Below, in pieces: positions 51,667 through 64,000 of a stretch of 64,000 bases of DNA. The translations under genes and the position numbers were made by a program. Where the stretch lies: positions 41,726,001 to 41,790,000 of the forward strand of contig NW_027361697.1 in NCBI RefSeq assembly GCF_039654945.1, written 5' to 3'. Position 1 is the stretch's first letter. Each line of letters begins with the position of its first letter. Below the pieces are notes generated by a model, which was not told the origin of the DNA, did not search any database, and saw nothing but the letters and a program-made list of their open reading frames with translations. This DNA is from Dendrobates tinctorius. Lineage: Eukaryota.

Positions 51667-51697
<31 letters not shown>

Positions 51698-51707
51698 ATA
51701 TATGTGT

Positions 51708-54700
51708 ATATGTGCATGATACCGGAGTACGGAGCTGTCCATCATATGTATATAGAGGTACAGAGCCTGAGCCGGTGTATGTGCATGATACCGGAGTACG
51801 GAGCTGTCCATCATATGTATATAGAGGTACAGAGCCTGAGCCGGTGTGTGTGTATGTGCATGATACTGGAGTACGGAGCTGTCCATCATATGTATATAGA
51901 GGTACAGAGCCTGAGCCGGTGTGTGTATATGTGCATGATACCAGAGAACGGAGCTGTCCATCATATGTATATAGAGGTACAGAGCCTGAGCCGGTGTGTG
52001 TGTGTATGTGCATGATACTGGAGTACGGAGCTGTCCATCATATGTATATAGAGGTACAGAGCCTGAGCCGGTGTGTGTATATGTGCATGATACCAGAGAA
52101 CGGAGCTGTCCATTATATGTATATAGAGGTACAGAGCCTGAGCCGGTGTGTGTATATGTGCATGATACCGGAGTACGGAGCTGTCCATCATATGTATATA
52201 GAGGTACAGAGCCTGAGCCGGTGTGTGTATATGTGCATGATACCGGAGTACGGAGCTGTCCATCATATGTATATAGAGGTACAGAGCCTGAGCCGGTGTA
52301 TGTGCATGATACCGGAGTACGGAGCTGTCCATCATATGTATATAGAGGTACAGAGCCTGAGCCGGTGTGTGTATATGTGCATGATACCGGAGTACGGAGC
52401 TGTCCATCATATGTATATAGAGGTACAGAGCCTGAGCCGGTGTGTGTGTATGTACATGATACCGGAGTACGGAGCTGTCCATCATATGTATATAGAGGTA
52501 CAGAGCCTGAGCCGGTGTGTGTGTATGTGCATGATACCGGAGAACGGAGCTGTCCATCATATGTATATAGAGGTACAGAGCCTGAGCCGGTGTGTGTGTA
52601 TGTACATGATACCGGAGTACGGAGCTGTCCATCATATGTATATAGAGGTACAGAGCCTGAGCCGGTGTGTGTGTATATGTGCATGATACCGGAGTACGGA
52701 GCTGTCCATCATATGTATATAGAGGTACAGAGCCTAAGCCGGTGTGTGTGTATGTGCATGATACCGGAGTACGGAGCTGTCCATCATATGTATATAGAGG
52801 TACAGAGCCTGAGCCGGTGTGTGTATATGTGCATGATACCAGAGAACGGAGCTGTCCATTATATGTATATAGAGGTACAGAGCCTGAGCCGGTGTGTGTA
52901 TATGTGCATGATACCGGAGTACGGAGCTGTCCATCATATGTATATAGAGGTACAGAGCCTGAGCCGGTGTGTGTATATGTGCATGATACCGGAGTACGGA
53001 GCTGTCCATCATATGTATATAGAGGTACAGAGCCTGAGCCGGTGTATGTGCATGATACCGGAGTACGGAGCTGTCCATCATATGTATATAGAGGTACAGA
53101 GCCTGAGCCGGTGTGTGTATATGTGCATGATACCGGAGTACGGAGCTGTCCATCATATGTATATAGAGGTACAGAGCCTGAGCCGGTGTGTGTGTATGTA
53201 CATGATACCGGAGTACGGAGCTGTCCATCATATGTATATAGAGGTACAGAGCCTGAGCCGGTGTGTGTGTATGTGCATGATACCGGAGAACGGAGCTGTC
53301 CATCATATGTATATAGAGGTACAGAGCCTGAGCCGGTGTGTGTGTATGTACATGATACCGGAGTACGGAGCTGTCCATCATATGTATATAGAGGTACAGA
53401 GCCTGAGCCGGTGTGTGTGTATATGTGCATGATACCGGAGTACGGAGCTGTCCATCATATGTATATAGAGGTACAGAGCCTAAGCCGGTGTGTGTGTATG
53501 TGCATGATACCGGAGAACGGAGCTGTCCATCATATGTATATAGAGGTACAGAGCCTGAGCCGGTGTGTGTATATGTGCATGATACCGGAGTACGGAGCTG
53601 TCCATCATATGTATATAGAGGTACAGAGCCTGAGCCGGTGTATGTGCATGATACCGGAGTACGGAGCTGTCCATCATATGTATATAGAGGTACAGAGCCT
53701 GAGCCGGTGTGTGTATATGTGCATGATACCGGAGTACGGAGCTGTCCATCATATGTATATAGAGGTACAGAGCCTGAGCCGGTGTATGTGCATGATACCG
53801 GAGTACGGAGCTGTCCATCATATGTATATAGAGGTACAGAGCCTGAGCCGGTGTGTGTGTATGTGCATGATACCGGAGAACGGAGCTGTCCATCATATGT
53901 ATATAGAGGTACAGAGCCTGAGCCGGTGTGTGTGTATGTACATGATACCGGAGTACGGAGCTGTCCATCATATGTATATAGAGGTACAGAGCCTGAGCCG
54001 GTGTGTGTATATGTGCATGATACCGGAGTACGGAGCTGTCCATCATATGTATATAGAGGTACAGAGCCTGAGCCGGTGTGTGTGTATGTGCATGATACCG
54101 GAGAACGGAGCTGTCCATCATATGTATATAGAGGTACAGAGCCTGAGCCGGTGTGTGTGTATATGTGCATGATACCGGAGTACGGAGCTGTCCATCATAT
54201 GTATATAGAGGTACAGAGCCTGAGCCGGTGTGTGTGTATGTGCATGATACCGGAGAACGGAGCTGTCCATCATATGTATATAGAGGTACAGAGCCTGAGC
54301 CGGTGTGTGTGTATATGTGCATGATACCAGAGTACGGAGCTGTCCATCATATGTATATAGAGGTACAGAGCCTGAGCCGGTGTGTGTGTGTATGTGCATG
54401 ATACCGGAGTACGGAGCTGTCCATCATATGTATATAGAGGTACAGAGCCTGAGCCGGTGTGTGTATATGTGCATGATACCAGAGTACGGAGCTGTCCATC
54501 ATATGTATATAGAGGTACAGAGCCTGAGCCGGTGTGTGTGTATGTGCATGATACCGGAGTACGGAGCTGTCCATCATATGTATATAGAGGTACAGAGCCT
54601 GAGCCGGTGTGTGTATGTGCATGATACCGGAGTACGGAGCTTTCCATCATATGTATATACTGGTACAGAGCCTGAGCCAGTGTGTGTATATGTGTATGAT

Positions 54701-57700
54701 ACCGGAGTACGGAGCTTTCCATCATATGTATATACTGGTACAGAGCCTGAGCCGGTGTGTGTGTATATGTGCATGATACCAGAGTACAGAGCTGTCCATC
54801 ATATGTATATAGAGGTACAGAGCCTGAGCCGGTGTGTGTGTATGTGCATGATACTGGAGTACGGAGCTGTCCATCATATGTATATAGAGGTACAGAGCCT
54901 GAGCCGGTGTGTGTATGTGCATGATACCGGAGTACGGAGCTTTCCATCATATGTATATACTGGTACAGAGCCTGAGCCAGTGTGTGTATATGTGTATGAT
55001 ACCGGAGTACGGAGCTTTCCATCATATGTATATACTGGTACAGAGCCTGAGCCGGTGTGTGTGTGTGTGTATGTGCATGATACCGGAGTACGGAGCTGTC
55101 CATCATATGTATATAGAGGTACAGAGCCTGAGCCGGTGTGTATCTATGTGCATGATACCAGAGTACGGAGCTGTCCATCATATGTATATAGAGGTACAGA
55201 GCCTGAGCCGGTGTGTGTGTATGTGCATGATCTGGAGTACGGAGCTGTCCATCATATGTATATAGAGGTACAGAGCCTGAGCCGGTGTGTGTATATGTGC
55301 ATGATACCAGAGTACGGAGCTGTCCATCATATGTATATAGAGGTACAGAGCCTGAGCCGGTGTGTGTGTATGTGCATGATCTGGAGTACGGAGCTGTCCA
55401 TCATATGTATATAGAGGTACAGAGCCTGAGCCGGTGTGTGTATATGTGCATGATACCAGAGTACGGAGCTTTCCATCATATGTATATACTGGTACAGAGC
55501 CTGAGCCGGTGTGTGTGTATATGTGCATGATACCGGAGTACGGAGCTTTCCATCATATGTATATACTGGTACAGAGCCTGAGCCGGTGTGTGTGTATATG
55601 TGCATGATACCAGAGTACGGAGCTGTCCATCATATGTATATAGAGGTACAGAGCCTGAGCCGGTGTGTGTGTATGTGCATGATACCGGAGTACGGAGATG
55701 TCCATCATATGTATATAGAGGTACAGAGCCTGAGCCGGTGTGTGTATATGTGCATGATACCGGAGTACGGAGCTGTCCATCATATGTATATAGAGGTACA
55801 GAGCCTGAGCCGGTGTGTGTATATGTGCATGATACCGGAGTACGGAGCTTTCCATCATATGTATATACTGGTACAGAGCCTGAGCCGGTGTGTGTGTATA
55901 TGTGCATGATACCAGAGTACGGAGCTGTCCATCATATGTATATAGAGGTACAGAGCCTGAGCCGGTGTGTGTATGTGCATGATACCAGAGTACAGAGCTG
56001 TCCATCATATGTATATAGAGGTACAGAGCCTGAGCCGGTGTGTGTGTATGTGCATGATACTGGAGTACGGAGCTGTCCATCATATGTATATAGAGGTACA
56101 GAGCCTGAGCCGGTGTGTGTGTATGTGCATGATACCAGAGTACAGAGCTGTCCATCATATGTATATAGAGGTACAGAGCCTGAGCCGGTGTATGTGCATG
56201 ATACTGGAGTACGGAGCTGTCCATCATATGTATATAGAGGTACAGAGCCTGAGCCGGTGTGTGTGTATGTGCATGATACCGGAGTACGGAGCTGTCCATC
56301 ATATGTATATAGAGGTACAGAGCCTGAGCCGGTGTGTGTGTATGTGCATGATACCGGAGTACGGAGCTTTCCATCATATGTATATACTGGTACAGAGCCT
56401 GAGCCGGTGTGTGTGTGTGTATGTGCATGATACCGGAGTACGGAGCTGTCCATCATATGTATATAGAGGTACAGAGCCTGAGCCGGTGTGTATCTATGTG
56501 CATGATACCAGAGTACGGAGCTGTCCATCATATGTATATAGAGGTACAGAGCCTGAGCCGGTGTGTGTGTATGTGCATGATACCGGAGTACGGAGCTGTC
56601 CATCATATGTATATAGAGGTACAGAGCCTGAGCCGGTGTGTGTGTGTATGTGCATGATACCGGAGTACGGAGCTTTCCATCATATGTATATAGAGGTACA
56701 GAGCCTGAGCCGGTGTGTGTATATGTGCATGATACCGGAGTACGGAGCTGTCCATCATATATATATATATAGAGGTACAGAGCCTGAGCCGGTGTGTGTT
56801 TATGTGCATGATACCGGAGTACGGAGCTGTCCATCATATATATATATATATCGGTACAGAGCCTGAGCCGGTGTGTGTATATGCACATGATACCGGAGTA
56901 GGGAGCTGTCCATCATATGTATATAGAGGTACAGAGCCTGAGCCAGTGTGTGTATATGTGCATGATACCGGAGTACGGAGCTGTCCATCATATGTATATA
57001 CTGGTACAGAGCCTGAGCCGGTGTGTGTATATGTGCATGATACTGGAGTACGGAGCTGTCCATCATATGTATATAGAGGTACAGAGCCTGAGCCGGTGTG
57101 TGTATATGTGCATGATACCGGAGTACGGAGCTGTCCATCATATGTATATAGAGGTACAGAGCCTGAGCCAGTGTGTGTATATGTGCATGATACCGGAGTA
57201 CGGAGCTGTCCATCATATGTATATACTGGTACAGAGCCTGAGCCGGTGTGTGTGTATATGTGCATGATACTGGAGTACGGAGCTGTCCATCATATGTATA
57301 TAGAGGTACAGAGCCTGAGCCGGTGTGTGTGTATATGTGCATGATACCGGAGTACGGAGCTGTCCATCATATTTATATAGAGGTACAGAGCCTGAGCCAG
57401 TGTGTGTATATGTGCATGATACCGGAGTACGGAGCTGTCCATCATATGTATATACTGGTACAGAGCCTGAGCCGGTGTGTGTATATGTGCATGATACCGG
57501 AGTATGGAGCTGTCCATCATATGTATATAGAGGTACAGAGCCTGAGCCGGTGTGTGTATATGTGCATGATACTGGAGTACGGAGCTGTCCATCATATGTA
57601 TATAGAGGTACAGAGCCTGAGCCGGTGTGTGTGTATATGTGCATGATACCGGAGTACGGAGCTGTCCATCATATGTATATACTGGTACAGAGCCTGAGCC

Positions 57701-58735
57701 GGTGTGTGTGTATATGTGCATGATACTGGAGTACGGAGCTGTCCATCATATGTATATAGAGGTACAGAGCCTGAGCCGGTGTGTGTGTATATGTGCATGA
57801 TACCGGAGTACGGAGCTGTCCATCATATTTATATAGAGGTACAGAGCCTGAGCCAGTGTGTGTATATGTGCATGATACCGGAGTACGGGGCTGTCCATCA
57901 TATGTATATACTGGTACAGAGCCTGAGCCGGTGTGTGTGTATATGTGCATGATACTGGAGTACGGAGCTGTCCATCATATGTATATAGAGGTACAGAGCC
58001 TGAGCCGGTGTGTGTGTATATGTGCATGATACCGGAGTACGGAGCTGTCCATCATATTTATATAGAGGTACAGAGCCTGAGCCAGTGTGTGTATATGTGC
58101 ATGATACCGGAGTTCGGAGCTGTCCATCATATGTATATACTGGTACAGAGCCTGAGCCGGTGTGTGTGTATATGTGCATGATACCGGAGTATGGAGCTGT
58201 CCATCATATGTATATAGAGGTACAGAGCCTGAGCCGGTGTGTGTATATGTGCATGATACTGGAGTACGGAGCTGTCCATCATATGTATATAGAGGTACAG
58301 AGCCTGAGCCGGTGTGTGTGTATATGTGCATGATACCGGAGTACGGAGCTGTCCATCATATGTATATACTGGTACAGAGCCTGAGCCGGTGTGTGTGTAT
58401 ATGTGCATGATACTGGAGTACGGAGCTGTCCATCATATGTATATACTGGTACAGAGCCTGAGCCGGTGTGTGTATATGTGCATGATACTGGAGTACAGAG
58501 CTGTCCATCATATGTATATAGAGGTACAGAGCCTGAGCCGGTGTGTGTATATGTGCATGATACCGGAGTACGGAGCTGTCCATCATATGTATATACTGGT
58601 ACAGAGCCTGAGCCCGTGTGTGTGTATATGTGCATGATACCGGAGTACGGAGCTGTCCATCATATGTATATAGAGGTACAGAGCCTGAGCCGGTGTGTGT
58701 GTGTATATGTGCATGATACCAGAGTACGGAGCTGT
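51708..58735. repeat. ~75-bp satellite/minisatellite, about 93 copies, in SLC30A7 intron 1
   Basis: Unit TATGTGCATGATACCGGAGTACGGAGCTGTCCATCATATGTATATAGAGGTACAGAGCCTGAGCCGG(TG)nTA; length varies through the (TG)n tract. Confidence 0.98.
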
Positions 58736-59289
58736 ATAAACTATAAGGAGTAGTCTTCGGTTATTTATTTTTTTTACATAAATCTATGGCAGTCATGGAA
58801 ATTTGCGGATTTGTAATATGTCTTATTAAAGAAATCTGCTTCTTTCTCCTCCAGGACTGATGACAGATTTTACCACCAAGTTCAGAATTTTGCAAATGAA
58901 TCATCAGTGAATACAAATTTCCCCTTACTGACGTAGGTGACAGTTTGTGCTCATTATGTTCTATGGACATCTGTACTGGTTTGTGGAGAACGTGCAGCGG
59001 AATGTCTGTCGGCTTCTAGCTCATCTCTTCATAGAATTTTAATTGCACCAAATGTCATCTCCTATCTCAGTAACTGGAGAAAGAAGCAGACTTCTGTGAT
59101 AAGTTTATCTTCATGTGTACTAGTTATCGTATTTATGAAATAGAAAACTACAAATATTTCCCTCCCTTGACAGACACCATTACCGTGCGATGTTATTCAG
59201 TTGTCTTGTTCTGGCTGATCAGTTCCCGTTCACCATAGATGTATATAGGACTGTATATGTATTTTATGGTGTTATATCGTCCTTGTATA

Positions 59290-60924
<1,635 letters not shown>

Positions 60925-62157
60925 TATATGTACACCCCCTGCTGTGTCACCATGTTACATGGATCCTCTCCTGTGATATCACGTCACCGCTCATACATAT
61001 ATATGTGTCTCACTCAGCCCGTTAGTGCTGTATATACCAGATTATTGCACAACCTCTATGTGCTGGCCACGTTATATGTGATTTTTCTGCTGCCCCGTCA
61101 GTTGTGCAACGCTGGAAACTACTGTGTGTGCTGTTCTTTACAACAAGGCGACCATTGTAACAGGCGGTTATCCCTGCCATGAGCTGTGTACAGTGCGGAG
61201 AACGCGGACTCTCAGCTATGTATATTAGATGGACGGGGTCTTTTAATTGAGGAGGCTGAAGGTGGTGTTCACCCCCCCAGGTCCACGTTTAGAAGCGCTG
61301 CAGTCAGGCAGGACGAGCACGGACCGAGCGCGGCTTCCCAGTGCACTGACTGCAGCGCTTGCAGCAGACGGGTTCCTGCATTTTTGCACACAGTTATATC
61401 TGGTATACAATAGGAATGAGCAGATCTGACCCAGGAATTTGATTGTTTGCCAATTGAATGTCCAGAGTGACCCCAGAGCATATAACGAATACGCACCTCA
61501 CCACTCTCCGCTGCTGTACTGTTTTCGGCACCTTGTTTTTTCTCCATGTACTAAATCTGAGGGCATCGCCACGACTAGACCCAGGATGTCCCTGCTCATG
61601 CCTAATCGTGGCGGAAGTCAGAGCGCCCCCCGTAAGGTGGTGGTACATATCCTGACATCACATAGACATCCCAGGCCTGGTCCTGCAGGAGCTCCCAGCA
61701 CAGCGCGGCGAGCACCTGGGATTCAGCACACGGTGATGGTGAGAACCATACGGGGGAGAGCGTGTGGTGGAGATGGCCAGAAGGTGATCGGTGAGGGGAT
61801 TATTTGTTTTCTTTATCGTTTAACCTTCTAACCCTTGTGCTGAATTTTCATGGAGCGAATTGCAAATAATCCCTTTCGTGGAGAATGCTGATTCGATACC
61901 ACCAATACTGAAGTCACACGATCATTTTTTCAGCCTAATTACAATTACATTGTGTTACTGCACATGATACACCCGTGGTGATCCCACGGTGCATGCTGCG
62001 CCGTCACCTGGAAACCTTCATTTTTTTGTGTAACCCGTGATCCCATTGTTACAACTCCTGTGGCCCCTGGGCTGTGTACAGCGATTAGATCTAATGTCTG
62101 TGAGGTTGGCTGGTTTATTAGGGTCGTTTATATGCTCTTTTCTGCTTTCTCCATCAG

Positions 62158-62259
62158 GTCAATCTTCTCAGACTCTACGTCTAGGAACCTGTTCTGCTTT
62201 CTCTGCCTGAACCTCTCTTTTGCATTTGTGGAGCTTTTCTATGGGATATGGAGCAACAG
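62158..62259 (+). CDS. SLC30A7: Zinc transporter 7, coding exon 2
   Basis: [49 protein letters not shown]; phase matches exon 1. Confidence 0.96.
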
Positions 62260-63407
62260 GTAATACAGGACATCACGGTTACTTATTCTCCATTTATTGC
62301 TGTTTTGTTTCCGGTATTTAATGTAATGTGTCACGTCTGTAATGCTTTACATTTGCATGATGCAGATGTCATGGTTCCAGGATGTGCAAATGACCACGAA
62401 GAGCAGAATCCCGGCCCTGTACCATGACGCGCTTCAGAAAGTCATAGGGAAAGACTTTACTATGGCCCAGCATACTTATAATGATGAAGTCACCAAGTCA
62501 TGGCCCTACAGGACCGATATCCGTAAATAAATGACACCACACACTTTAATAATGGAAGAAAAGTGGCCGTGAGTTTATTTTGGCTTAATAATAAATAACC
62601 AAACCGTTAAATCCATAAAATTATCCAATATTACCATACCAGAGAAACAATGTGCCCCTTAACGTCCGATTTTCCCACAATAAAACATCACGACAGATAA
62701 TCTGAAAATTAGGGAGGGAGAGGGAATCTTCTTTCCTCAGGAAAATGTTGTCTGAGGTAAAAACTGCCAGTGCACGGCTTTTTATAAACACAGAAAAACC
62801 GCCAAATTTCTCCAGCCAATCCTGGCCCGTTAAAACGTCGCCAAGGAAACCAGTCAGAAACCAGATATGCCCTTCTCCACAAACCATACTGAGGGCGCCC
62901 AGCCTACTTTTAACCCTTTTTTTAAATTAAAATCAAAACCATAAATAAATATTCTTACGGCCCGTATGGCCATGGGACCCCCCCCTTATGTATTCCTTTA
63001 GCAATAATTCTGTCAAGGTGGCTCTTTTATTTAGCGTCCCTCCCACCGCAGAAATAATCGTTTTTAAAATTGGTCAGACATCCCTGAAGTTTGTCAGGGG
63101 GGCAGATCTTTCCCCCCCCCCCAGACACAGACGTCTCACATACGTCAGTCATGTCCTGCTTTTGAATTTGGCGCCCCCTCCTCAGCGTTCATTTCTTTTT
63201 CTCGCTCCTGCGCTGAGTAGTGGTGCAGCAGGACCTGTGATTACGTCAGCACCATGTGGCCAGGAGGGCGGAGCTCAGCATAGCAGTGGCGCAGAAGGGC
63301 CTGTGATGACGTCAGCACCATGTGACCTGGAGGGGCGGAGCTGAGCAGGGCAGACCTGTGGTGACATCATAATATTACAGAGCAGACGAGAAAAAGAAAT
63401 GACTTTA

Positions 63408-63875
63408 TTACATAGTCCCAGGTGGGACATCACTGTCCTGTGACAGATCGCTGTGACAGATCAGTGATCTGTCACAGGCAGTGCTGCAGGCTTCCTCATG
63501 CCGGCGCTTTGCAGACATGAGGAAGCCGCCTCCCTGCAGGCCCCCGAAGGTCCCCGCCGCCATTTTGGATTCGGGGACCTGCAGGGAAGGAGGCCCCTGC
63601 AGCAGCGCTGCACATCTTGCTGCTGCGGGGGTCTGAGGAAGCACGGAGGGAGCCGCCTCCCTCCAGATGCCTCCCTAAACCCCCGATACACTGCATAGTG
63701 CCGGGTGTTAGCTGTGATAATCAGCTGACACCCGGCCGCGATCAACTGCGCTACCCCCCCCCCCCCCCCCGTGAGCGCAGCTGATTGCACTAGACCACTA
63801 GACGCACTATTCCGTCCTTGGAACTTAGGTCCCAGGTCACATGGACGGAATAGTGCGTCTAATGTAGGAAAGGGG
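63408..63875. mobile_element. Right end of a piggyBac-like non-autonomous element
   Basis: Subterminal hairpin TAGACGCACTATTCCGTCC/GGACGGAATAGTGCGTCTA, ending AAAGGGG-TTAA; left boundary approximate. Confidence 0.55.
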
Positions 63876-64000
63876 TTAAGAGTGCTGCTGCCAGCCCCCT
63901 TCACTCTAGTAGGACCACTGCGCAGATCCCTGAGTAGGCGGGTGGTCAGGGGCTGCTATACAGGAAAAAAAACAGCGATGTGTGAAGGCTAGTGATGATC

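Noticed and set aside
51604-58753. Many long ORFs and a CRISPR-like regular spacing
   Set aside because: Pure tandem satellite with no unique spacers and no cas genes. The ORFs are stop-free repeat frames inside an intron.
62500-63120. Possible decayed retroelement coding fragment on the minus strand
   Set aside because: No recognisable protein motif could be supported by eye.

Overview
Vertebrate genomic DNA, probably from a frog (inferred from the repeat families; the species cannot be named). Two host genes sit head-to-head at a CpG-rich promoter near 51.2-51.5 kb. EXTL2 (minus strand) has a complete 325-aa CDS in 4 coding exons (28327-21649). SLC30A7/ZnT7 (plus strand) shows coding exons 1-2. 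Most of the rest is mobile DNA: a two-gene PIF/Harbinger transposon with an intact transposase, a full-length Gmr1-type (PR-IN-RT-RH, SCAN-like capsid) Gypsy element with one nonsense codon, two copies of a Tc1 element, a Penelope-like element with ~1.4-kb inverted pseudo-LTRs and a target duplication, several solo LTRs, many MITEs (Harbinger, Kolobok/T2, hAT, Tc2-like), an L2 fragment and a ~7-kb 75-bp satellite in SLC30A7 intron 1. The best leads are: (1) a 350-bp-monomer non-coding retrozyme-like insertion (18361-19023) with a perfect minimal hammerhead ribozyme, a 13-bp target duplication and a possible snRNA-type promoter; (2) a recurrent U3-A8 variant hammerhead-like motif in two unrelated Penelope-type termini; (3) the two Harbinger genes ending on a shared TTATAA palindrome. 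All coordinates were read by eye and no database searches were run.
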